Positions 27,608-38,725 of a DNA stretch of 64,000 bases are shown piece by piece. Numbering within the stretch: the stretch's first letter is position 1; every line of letters starts with the position of its first letter. Origin of the DNA: Lepidodermella squamata (taxonomy: Eukaryota; Animalia; Gastrotricha); NCBI GenBank assembly GCA_047495785.1, contig JBLDXI010000013.1:4278001-4342000 (forward strand). The letters run 5' to 3'. The notes beneath the pieces are model-generated. The model had not been told where the DNA came from and searched no databases. It worked only from the letters and a program-made list of their open reading frames with translations. The position numbers were made by a program, and so were the translations under genes.

Positions 27608-29332
27608 ATGTTTCCCGGCAGTGCCAATGCGGAAAATCCGCCTCCCGAAGCTACTAGCAACGACTCAAATTCACCAGAATCATTCCTGTCACCGGTAGCC
27701 ATAAAATTTCCAGTATCTAGCGGCATCGAACATGAGCGTTTCGTTGAGCTTGGCGACGATTCAGCTTTCGATCCTCGCAAGGTTAATATTTAAAGAATTT
27801 TCAAAGCATAATTTTCTGGAATTTTTAGAAACAATTCAATAATAGCTTTCCTCAACTGACTGCGGTAGCATCCGTCCAAGAATTAATTAAACGCCGATCA
27901 GAACTTGTTCGCCAATTAGCCGAGGCGCCTAATAATTACCTAGCGACAATGGCACTTGAAGACTGTGATAATCAAATTAACAATTGGTCAAAATCTAACA
28001 AATGTCTCGGCATATTTTACAGCACCACAGACGCGCCTGTTTGCAGGTTGGTTCTCAAAACTTTTAAAACGTTATAACAACTTTTATAGACTCTATTTAT
28101 TAATCATTAATCATCGATTAATTAGCTCCCAACGGGATTATATCGTTTAGAAAGCACGGGCTCGATTGAACTGAAAAAATGGACATTTTCACATTGTTAT
28201 TTTCTTTCACCTAAATGTAGACATTTGACGTTGTTATTGCTACTTGAAAATGCCCTGTTTTTCGCCTAAAATTCCAACCGTAAACGTCAGATTTTTCCAC
28301 ACTTTATATTAGGGAAAATTTTTCGTACGGCACGAGTCATTTTTTATTTTATTTTAAGACTAGATCGCTTTTTAAGGCACTGGAATCTGGAACCTAATGG
28401 ATATTGGTGAAATTGATTCTCTGTATAGGATTTGAATGACTACGACCGGTGGATACATCTCCTCCCGTTTTCTCGAGACAAATTTGGCTTCACGATTTTG
28501 ATGTCGGATAATTTTAGTCATCTTCGGACATATCGGACATAAAAAGATACATTTTTTTAATTATTCTGTTTGCGGGAATGCTTCGGAATACAATCATAAT
28601 TTTTTTATTTTAAACAGCAATCGAGGCGTGAGAACGTTCGAGCAGATTGAAACTGAGGAACTGTCCGACGCCGCTTCGCGAAAGCTCTACTCAAAAAGCC
28701 AACCCTGGGTAACAAAGGTACTGCGTGATAACGCTCTACATTTATTTCCTTACAATTCGCTCATTCTCTAGAAAACATTAACAGCTGGTTCGAAAATCAA
28801 ATCAGGTATCGGTCGGCGGCTACTGCTTCGGATGGGTTGGGATGAGGGCTTCGGCTTGGGAAAACGGCTTGACGGTCAGCAGGAACCAGTTATTTTACCC
28901 GAATCCTACCAGCCATTTTCGAGTCTTCGTGGCCTAACAACAGAGGGTGACACAGTCTGCCAATCTTCAACATTAAACTGCAACGCCTACTACTACAGTT
29001 ACAAGCACCCTGTAACAGAGTTAACAAAATACTGCGCCAGGCAACGCTACGCCCCGCCCGAATTCTTCGATGTTAGTTCGAAAGGTCCAGCTCATCGGCC
29101 GCAATTTCTACTAAAAGTTCGCGTTAATGGCATCGATTATACACCTTCACAGGCGAGTACGTCAAAACGGCTGGCGCGTATCGAGGCCGCGGTCAAGTGT
29201 CTAAATACGCTCGGAGTTTGGTCCGAGGATGATGCGCGCCGATTATTTCGCTTCGGCCGTCGCTGGGTACCACCGGCCGCTTCCGCATCGCCCTCGCCGG
29301 TTAATTTCACCGCTGCCTGGAATATTGAGTAA
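27608..29332 (+). CDS. SON: Compact SON-like splicing cofactor (G-patch + dsRBD), 4 exons, about 350 aa; start codon uncertain
   Basis: Exons 27608-27781, 27829-28046, 28618-28717 and 28772-29332. Contains FPVSSG (conserved in the SON C-terminal region), QPWVTK, the G-patch GIGRRLLLRMGWDEGFGLGKRLDGQQEP and the dsRBD KHPVTELTKYC...PPEF...GPAHRPQFLLKVRVNG...SKRLARIEAA. Confidence 0.8.
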
Positions 29333-29913
29333 AATTATTTATTTCTTCCGAATATAGCAATATATGTATTATGTCAAGTTGCGACCTCAATCCCCTCAAT
29401 GGAGGGCTATTTATTTTTTTTACCTCATCATTTGTCTGGTTTACTGCTCATGTGATTACACAACATTTTTGGTGAATAGTATTATTGTAATTTTCGAGAA
29501 TAAATTCGGTTTACCACGAATTCACATTTAAATTTTTATACCGAAAGAAAAAGAAGCTGAAATCAACTACTGAAGAGTTGGATTGGAGTTTTTTCTTTTG
29601 TCTTAAATGAGATAATGGTTCTGGTATTTTCAATATTTTGTCCGAACACACTTCTCTCTAGATAGTGACTCATGTCCCCTCGAGGGGTTTTAAATTGGGC
29701 GATTTCTCCCACATTTTTACACTGCCATTCGGACATTTCAAATTTTGTCCCCTTTTCCGGTGACCTAGATAAAATGTGGGCTGAAACACTCAGTCAAAAA
29801 TTATGCATGTTTTTTTCAGTCCACGTTATGCTGGGGACTTACATATTTTTAGCCTGCGGGTTATCCTCGCGAATGAAGGTCGTACAATTTTTGTCAAGAA
29901 AATTGAAGTTCTA

Positions 29914-29987
29914 GGGCTGCGGATCGAATCCAAGACCTCTTAGCAACTACAATGTAGTAACTTAGTTTAACCAGTAAGCCACGGGCC
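29914..29987 (-). mobile_element. tRNA-derived SINE head or tRNA pseudogene
   Basis: The minus strand reads GGCCCGTGGCTTACTGGTTAAA (A box) ... GGTCTTGGATTCGATCCGCAGCCC (B box) at tRNA-like spacing. There is no clean anticodon arm. Confidence 0.5.
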
Positions 29988-30797
29988 TGATTCAAAGGCT
30001 ATTTCCGAAGAGCGTGCGGCCAAATATAGAGCACATGATAAGTTAAATAATAGCCATAGTACGAGATCGATTTGGCCGAGCGCTCATGCAGGCACGCGAG
30101 TGAACCTGTTGGATCGCCAAAAATAACTTGTTTTTATTTTTGCGCGTGGCCAGCATTACACGTGATTCTCTGTCTGGGTACATTAACCTCAGACCTCACC
30201 ACGGATTATCCATTCCATTTTTCAAGCGGACCGTCCCAAATGAAAAACTGTTAACATTTGTTTACTGCCCAATTTACCCTCCTATTAGTCCAAGATGTGA
30301 CATGTGACCTCTATCTGTCCACATTTAGGTCACATGAAAATCCTGTTTTTCACGCATCCCTTCAGAATGTATTGCTGCTCTCCTAAAAACCAAGAATCAA
30401 GTGGGGGGTGAAAGAGAGCAGAGGCTTGAGCCGAGCGCTACTCAAAACTTGAATGTCCATCTCAATTCAATCCGATTCAATTTGAACGTTAAATTTTCAA
30501 TTAAAATATGACTAAAATAGTCGTTCATGTCTACTGGTTGTTTTTTGAATATTCTTGAAATAATAATTGCTTCTTTTTTTTGCTGAAAATTAGATAACTT
30601 CTCCAGTCACGTGGACGCTGCGACTCCTCTTCGCGGAAAATAACGTAGATCGCCATATAACTTTTTATTTTACACCGCATGCGATAATTTACGAATCGAT
30701 TCGCATAATAGCCAATAAATATGCTCACAAAATATCGGAATAATTAGTTCATAAATTTCAGCTTGTCTTATCTCTTTCACGTCACTTGCTCTGGTGT

Positions 30798-33700
30798 TTA
30801 CCAGAAACCAGCGTTTTGGAGGTAAGCGCGGTTGCCCTGGTAAGCGGCATCGATTTCAGCTTGGGTCAAAGCGAACGGCGTAATCAGGACATCGTCGATG
30901 TGGCCGTTGAAGTAGCCGTACTGTTGGTCGTTGCCGATGACGTACGGGGCGGAAGAGATGGCCAGGTAACCGGCAACATTTTCCGTGTCAACATTGACCT
31001 AAAAGCAATCAATTAAGGCTCGATTTTTTTCGGAAATTTAAAAAAGAAAATTACAGCGTTGACGTAGAGACGGACAGCGCCGCCGTCGTAGGTGACGCAA
31101 ACGTGGTTCCAGCCATTTCCGGGCACGGTGGCCGTCAAGGTGAGAGCAGAGTTCGGTTGGACGAGGTTGACGCGGGCCTGGAAGCTGTTCGAAGCACCGT
31201 TGGCCATGATGATGGTGTATTCGGTCGATGCCGAGTTCTTGTTGTTCGACAGGATGCCGCCGGCAGTTGCGCACGAGAAACCGCTGCCAGACTCGCAACG
31301 GAAGAAGGCGCACCACGACGCCTGGGTGCGCAGGTCGACGGTCTTGAGGCCGGGGACGGACTGCAGACCGTTGTTGACGGCGAGCGAACCACCGCCGTAG
31401 GCAGAAACAGTCGCATCACGCTCTGTTATAAAACAATTAGTCGTCAATTTTGTTAACAGGAATAAAATGCTCGGGGAAATTTGGTCGAAAATACCGATAA
31501 TTACCGAACCAGTTACCAGCGATTAATCCCGGAATTTCTCGGAATTTTCGGAATTTGATAAATTTTTCAGTGATATCGTGGATAATGGATGGGAAAATAA
31601 TCTTGATAGGTTTAATTTTGATAGGATTATGGGCTGAACTAAAAAATGTTGAAGCACGCGATCGGGTGGATTTGCCATCATCTGAGCATGCTATTTCTTG
31701 ATAAGTGGAAACATCTCCCAGAGCCGATGATCAGTCATCGCGAATCGAACCCGGAAAATGCAGTATTTTTCAAGAAGTAGCATGCTAAGATGCTGGAAAA
31801 TCTTCAGCAATTTCAAGTCCAGCCGATAGGTCCGGCCAATAAAGATTTTGTGGATTCAGTGGTTTCACAAAGACAGTGATAAATCGTGGGAGCAATTTTC
31901 CAGCTCAAAAACTGGCTGAGGAATCTCATGAGACTATTTGCACAACAATTTGGAAAATTTATGGAAAAATCTGAGGACATTTATTGGGAATTCAAAAAAA
32001 TTCGAACATAAATTGCTTTCAAGTAATGCTCCAATTTGGTGGTCCGGCAGCTCACCCTAAAACTTGGATAATTTAAAACCCGAATTCCAAAACTCCAAAG
32101 CACTGATGAAGCTATTGAGGCTGTCTTTCAGGGTCCCATAATTTTCTCAGGAATGTTCGAGGAGCTTTTAAATATTTACCAGTAATTTCTTATTTTTTTG
32201 AAAATAGATAAGAGTATTTTCCATTTTATACATCCACGATTTTACTGAAGAAGAACGCGGAAAAAAACAGAAAAAATGTATACGATTCAGTAATTTTCGG
32301 CATTTTTTATCCTTTTAGATTGTTTTTCTCCGAAATTTTTATGGCATTTGCATGCTACCGCAAATAATTTGAGCTGATAATTTCATCACTGGCGTCATGA
32401 AATTATTTAAAAATGCCTAATTTAAAAATTTAAATTTTTTAATTGAATGGATCCCAAATTTGAACTAGTTTGAAAATTGCTTGGCCGTCACCGAAAAACT
32501 CGTGTTGAGTAAAAATAGTAGTTTAATAAAAATAAACGCACCAGCGCCATCGTACAAGAAGGTGGTGAACTTGTTGACCGACTTGTCCTGGCTGTCGAGG
32601 TCGTACGGGATCCAAAGGGTGGCCTTGCGGTTGTCCGAGGCGGTCGGAACAACGGCATTGTCGTCGAAAACGTCGCAGCGGCAAGCGTCGAGCGAGAACG
32701 CAACACCGCTCGGGCAGTACATGAGCTCAGTGGCATGGCCTTCCTCATCGATCAGGTAGTAGGAGTTGGAGCTGGGGCCAACTGTGATGAAGGTGCCGAA
32801 GGAATCGCGGCACACGGTGGCGTTGTACTGCGTGGCTGGCGCGACGGTGGTAGCGGTGGCTGGTCCGGCTTGGACGCAGGCGTCGGTGCAGGTTGTAGAC
32901 TCGTCGCAAGAGCAGAGAGCGGCGTTGAAGCTCGATCCAACCGGGCAGCACATGCCGTACGAGGCCGAGTTGGCGCAGATGAAGAACTGACGGCAACCGG
33001 TGCCGGCGTAGCAGCCGTTCGGGTTGACGTTGGGGGCACGGCAACGATCGACGCATGGGGTGTCACCCTCGGGCATGCATGAGAGAACCTAGAGATATAG
33101 GCAAAATTGGAATAAATATAGCGGATACTGAAAACAATTTCGCATTTTTAAAATAACTTAAAAAAAATAAAATATCAAAATTTCGGGAAAATTCAAGTTA
33201 TCTATCATGAAATCCTCGGAATTGCCGGCGAAGGAATAAGTGTCCCTAGCCTGAAAATCACATGGGTGATGAGATCCTGGTTTTTAAATTCCGGAAGAAA
33301 TGGATGGTAATGCTTCCATCCACCGCGACGGCAGCGTTCAAGCTTGGTTCGATCGACAACCGGTCGCCCATTTTGGATTTTGGCCAGCGGACAGCCCCGA
33401 TCTAAACCCGATTGAGAATCTCTGGGCCATTGTCAAGCGACGACTACGTAACCGAATTCTCGCACCACGATGAGCTGCGCCAAGCTGTTCACGAATCTAT
33501 CTTATATCTCTCTTTGAGATCAAAGTAACTAGTTTCGGTTCCAAGTAGAAGAAGTCTTGGAGAGCCTTTTATTTGCTCCAGGGGAAAACTCTAAGCTAAA
33601 TGATTTCAATGCTGATTTTTTTGTAAGGTAAATTAGGGGATTCAGCCAGATCTTCAAGGCAGCTTTTCGGACTACTAAATAATTGCTTTACCTCATCGTG

Positions 33701-33925
33701 CCAGAAAGTGTTGGCAGGGCAGATGCGGCGGATGCCAATAGCTGTCGTCTCGTTGTAGTAGAAGCACTGGTAGTAGTGGTGGCACTCGGTCGGATCAGCG
33801 TACAGGTCCTTGCCGTTGCGGCTGTTCGCGTTGCTGAAGCAGAAATCATTGGCCGACTGCGATTCAGGGAATTGCGCCGCAGCTACGGCAACGACAGCCA
33901 GCAGAACAATCAACGTGTAATTCAT
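30798..33925 (-). CDS. Secreted chitin-binding (peritrophin-A/ChtBD2-like) + LamG/ConA-like protein, LamG3/Pif-like (gene A), 4 exons, about 449 aa
   Basis: Exons 33925-33692, 33088-32542, 31422-31055 and 30998-30798. Signal peptide MNYTLIVLLAVVAVAAA; Cys modules YADPTECHHYYQC...CPANTFW, CRQFFIC...CCPVGSSFN and YCPSGVAFSLDACRC; LamG motifs GWNHVCVTYDGGAVRLYVN and IG...FNGHIDDV. Confidence 0.88.
31637..31872 (-). mobile_element. Diverged copy of the palindromic MITE at 55203-55488, in intron 2 of gene A
   Basis: Shares TTCAAGAA..GCATGCTAAGATGCTGGAAAATCT, GATTTTGTGGATTC and the internal CGCGAATCGAACCCGG, in reverse orientation. Confidence 0.65.
33300..33473 (+). mobile_element. Tc1/mariner DDE transposase fragment in intron 1 of gene A
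   Basis: MDGNASIH...WPADSPDLNPIENLWAIVKRRL contains the Tc1 motif WPxxSPDLNPIENLW. Confidence 0.85.
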
Positions 33926-34889
33926 TTTTATAGTAAAAATAAACCTAATCAGTAAAATAATCGTTGAATGAATTTATTTTTTATTTCAAGATTTAGCTAT
34001 AAGAACGCGCGTGTTATTTAGTTGAAATAAAAGCGCTGCGCCGCACGCGACGTTCACCTTTTTGGGGCACGTGTGCCCGTTATTTATCGTGAAAGTTGCA
34101 TCACAAGGCTTGAAAATCCCAGTTTGACGCGAAAAACAGGGCGGGCATTTCGGATGGCTGTCATCTGAAAAATCAGGAATAATGGGTCGCACTTTTAGCT
34201 ATTAAGAATGGTTTAAGAAGCTTGAATTGGGTCAACATTCTGATACAATAATGGCCTATACTTTTTTCAAAAATAAAAACTGGAAGCTAATTTTTCACTG
34301 AAATCTCAAACCTAAGATACCACAAATAAAATAAAAGTATGTCGGATTCTGATATAACCCCTCTATAACTGGATTCCAGGTCCAACTAGTTTTATAGATT
34401 AGTTGGCAGAAAATTATATTTTTCCTCAAAGTACCTATTTTTCAAGACATTCTGACATTGGGAACATTTTCATCGAAAAATTCTATCACTACTAGTACCT
34501 TAGCTTTCAGGCAGGTCATTCATCAAATTGCAAAAAACTGGGTCATCGAAGGTATGATTCAGTGGTTTGTTTTTGCAGCTATATCAGCATCTCGTTTTAA
34601 AAATCCCGAATTCTCAAGCATTTCTGAGTATTGTTGGGTTTTTTCCGCAATTTTCCGCTGGATTTCTTGCTTTTTAACTGGACTCTTGATATTTTCCCGC
34701 AGTTATCACAGCTATCATAAACTAGGATGATGAGCATAAAATAGGGCAATGAAACAGGTTGAAATTGTGATCTGTAACTAAATAGGCTATTGGCGTGCAT
34801 ACTTTTATTACTTCGGAATAATAAATTATCATCAATTGATACTGAAACCAGCAATTATTTCGATTAAAATGATTTTCCTCGCGCACTCA

Positions 34890-36871
34890 TCAGTTTAGTA
34901 AAAAGAAGCCTCGCGACACCAGAAATTGTCGATTCCCAGTGAAATGAGCGTTAATTTCCTCCTGCGTCATTTCGAACGGCGTGATCAGGATGTCATCGAT
35001 GTGCCCATTGAAATCGCCCAGGTGCGGATCTGTGCCAATAATCAGTGGGGCGTGACTAGTGTACAGCGTTCCGTTTATCAATTGAGCATCTACCATGTCG
35101 GAATTTTGGTACAAGCGTAGGATCGAACCGTCGTACGTCACGCAGGCCTGGTTCCAGCCGTTCTGTTGAGCTTTCAACGCGGCGTTAATTGGTCTGTTGC
35201 CAATTGGCCGCCAGTAAACAACTCGACCGACGAGTTTGTTGAAACGCCGAACGCCAATCGATATGGAGTAGTCGGCGTTACGAGGGTCAAGGCTGTTCGA
35301 TAGCAGGCCACCTGCCTCACCGCATAAATGAGGAGTATCCAATGGGCCGTTGGCGCACCTAAAAAAATACAAAAAATGTAAATAAAAATAAATAAATTCG
35401 ATTCGAAACTTAATCAAATTCACAGATAACCGAAAAAAATAAAGAGGGTTTACAAAATTGTCGAACCAAAAATATTGAGGTTCCGGGCTAAATCTAAGCA
35501 CTCTTGGGAGGATTTTATCGAAATTTGGTGCTGGAACCCTAATTTTTGGGTATGCAGGAAGCTCAACAATTTAAATTGTTGGATGAAGTTGATTTTTCAA
35601 TTTTTTTTAATAAGCAACATATAGCGTAATCCGGTACAACTTTGAATAATTTATATTGAATATTGAATAATATTGAATAATTTTGATTAAAATATTTTAT
35701 AATTTAGATATATGGTTTTTTAAATAGCGCAAACAATTACTTGAAAAATAAGCAGATCGAAAATTTGTTTTGAAAATCCGTTGTTTTGAGGTCGGTTAGG
35801 ACAACGTAGCTGTGATTCAGAGCCAAACTACCGCCGCCAGTAACTGCCGACGTTCTCGGATCTCTCGTGGCACCGCTCCGCATCGAAACGTGGTGGCCAT
35901 TGACTGAATGATCAGTCACGTCGGAATCAAACGGCATCCAAATAACAGCCTTCCTAGATTGCGTCAAATTTGTCCGTCCCGAGTTCGACTCAGCTTTGTT
36001 GCAACGGCATAGCAATAAATCGAAGTAAAGAGATGGTGGACACGGCTGGATGGAGCTGCCTTTATAAAAACCGAAATAAATCCGAAAAAATCGGGGGAAA
36101 ATCATTGCTCACCCAGGCTGAAAAAACAAGAAAAATTATTCAAAAAAGATGAAAAATTGAGTTGAGTCAAATTTTTTAAGGTATTTCTAATTATATATGG
36201 AATGATGTAGAATTAATAGGCGATTCGTTCTAGATATAGCTGGAAATACGTGAAAAAAAATCGAAAATTTACTAAAATGCTGCAGGGTTGTCTTTAACGG
36301 CTGCGAGAACATTGCCACCACCGTCCTTGCAAACTGTGTCGTTCAAAGTGATGCTTGCTTCCGGCACGACAGCGTTGGCCAAGCCTCGAATCGTGCAATC
36401 CTCGTTACAGGATTTCGATTTTTCACAGTTTAAACGTGCTGGGTTAAAGGCATGGCCTTCAGGGCAGCACTGGCCTTCCGTTGATTTGTGTTTACACGAG
36501 AAGTACTGGCGGCAGTTGGAGCCGGGGTAACGGCCGGCTTTTCGAACGTCTTCATCTAAACAGAAATCTTGACACGGTATCGGACCTTCGGGTAAGCATT
36601 GTAAGAACCGGTCTTGCCAGAAGTATTTCCCTGGGCAGCGGCGCCGGTAGCCGAACGCGGCTGTTTCATTGAGGAAAAAACATTGGAAATAAGCTGAGCA
36701 GTCGGTTGGATCGGCGTATTTGTCTAGAAAATTGCGACTTTTCGCCCTTTGCCGGCAAAACAAATTTGGATTGATCACTTGAAGATCGAACTCTGTTTTG
36801 CGAGGTTTATTGGCTGGTATGGCTCCGATTGAGGCCAAAAAAGTCGCCAAAGTCAATAGTAATAAATGCAT
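34890..36871 (-). CDS. Secreted chitin-binding + LamG protein, LamG3/Pif-like (gene B), 4 exons including a 5-nt microexon, about 463 aa
   Basis: Exons 36871-36273, 36117-36113, 36059-35741 and 35358-34890. Signal peptide; YADPTDCSAYFQC...CPGKYFW; CRQYFSC...CCPEGHAFNP; CPPSLYFDLLLCRC; GWNQACVTYDGSILRLY; FNGHIDDI. Confidence 0.85.
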
Positions 36872-37226
36872 GGCAAATTTTGAATCTTGAAAATTATTTT
36901 GAAAAATTAAGGGGGAATTTCAAGTCGCGTGCAGCTCAGCGTTTTATCGCGGCACGCGCTTTGTATGGTCACCACATACGTGATCCTAAAAATAGAATTT
37001 AAAATGGTTAATGGTTTTTACCTTTTTGTCTATTTCGAAATGTCATTTCTTAAATTAGAATTAGTGCTCTAACCTCTAACTCGTAAAATATAAATAAGGA
37101 GACACAATTTCGTTAGAATTTGGAAATTACTGAAATTTAGAAATTGATGAGCTTCTCTCACGAAGTCTTTTTCCCAATTAATGGCCTGTATATCACAGTA
37201 ATTTTTTCCAACCCAATTTCAAAGAT

Positions 37227-37281
37227 CCAGCCCAAGTTCCAACCCAAGTTCCAACAAAGTTCCAACAAAGTTCCAACCCAA
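37227..37281. repeat. Short tandem repeat, 11-12 bp unit (core AAGTTCCAAC), about 4-5 copies
   Basis: CCAAGTTCCAACCCAAGTTCCAACAAAGTTCCAACAAAGTTCCAACCCAA. Confidence 0.8.
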
Positions 37282-38725
37282 TTACTAAATGCTAAGGAGT
37301 TCAGGTTAGATCTGGGTAGCGCAGCCCTACTTTAGCGGTTATAACGGTTATTAAGTATTAGGTGAAAAAACCTTGATACTTGATATTCCAAGTCATTTCG
37401 GTAAAATTGAGAAACATTTCAGATCAGGAAACAAAAGTCCGAGCTTCTGCCACCATTTCATCAATTCATTTCTAACTAATCGCTTTTTGATTTTCTATTA
37501 AATAAATTCGACCATCCTTTTCATTGAAATATCGGCAAATCAAAGCCAATTCGCCCGCTCGTGGAATCAGCGAGTTTCGAGTAGAACTTCGATAGCGTGA
37601 TATGTTAAGGTTTTACGCCTTAATCATATATTTTTCAATTATTATTTTTTCTTAGCAATCATTTCCTTGGTTTTGTTGGTCACTGAAAATCGAATATGTT
37701 GTAATTTCTAATGAAAATAATTTCCGCATATCGCTGACCGCATCGAATTGAATAGTTTTGGAATTCTCAAAACATAAGGTGGATTTAAATTTCGAAATCG
37801 AACAAAATCCAAATATCCCGTAATTTGCGACGTGAGTGACAATCGAGTTCTTAACTGGCAAGGCTCGAACATCTTTCTTTTATCAAGTTGCTTTTATACA
37901 TATGATTGGTCTGAATGTAGAGGGTGAATTTTTTTGCAGGCGCAAAAAACTGCTACAGAGAGTCGAAATTATGTCGCAGCGGCCGAATTTAGGGCGGGGT
38001 GCTTCAACAAATATCCTATATTCTTCACTGGCTTTCAAATGGAACCAAATTTGAGGAGATTATGGTTCATCTTGATGTGTCCGAAAATAGGTTGCCTATA
38101 ATTTCGGACATTACGATGACTAAACAATAAAGAGAAAATCAACTATTTGAAAATAAGCTACAGGTAGCCAGTTATACAGGTATAGCTAGGCCGCCTCTTC
38201 AGCTTTGGTACTTGGCCCTTTACCCTGTCTCTATCCAACATGCGTTAAGAATTCTTCGATTATTTTGTTCCCGAAGTTGAAGCAGCCCAACTCAGATACA
38301 GAGAAAAGACGAGAAATTTGTACTGAGTTTGAAGTTTGATTGAAATTAAAACTAGAACTGAGGCTAGACGTCTGTTCTTGTTTTCTTCAATATTTGGACT
38401 CGTGTTCTTGTTTTGTTATTTGTCTGATGTTTACTGCTATTTTTCGGTCACTTGACTACCTAATTCACGTGGTGTTGTTGATTAATCACCCGAACGTGCG
38501 ATGAACTCTACAAAAATCGCATGGCGCCGTTGGCCCCACTGGCGTCGCCGTGTGATGCAATAAACAATCGAGGCGAACGGTGAGAAAACGACACGCGACT
38601 TACCACGCGCTTTCACGCCTTGAAGCACTTTAAAAACCGTCAAAATTTCGCAAAAAAATATCAATTGAAGTTTTTAGATTTCACAATCCACCTCTCATCG
38701 AATTATTTAATTTTGCGAGAAATCG

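Noticed and set aside
29914-29987. Functional tRNA gene
   Set aside because: A and B boxes are present, but no convincing anticodon or acceptor stem; called SINE-like instead.
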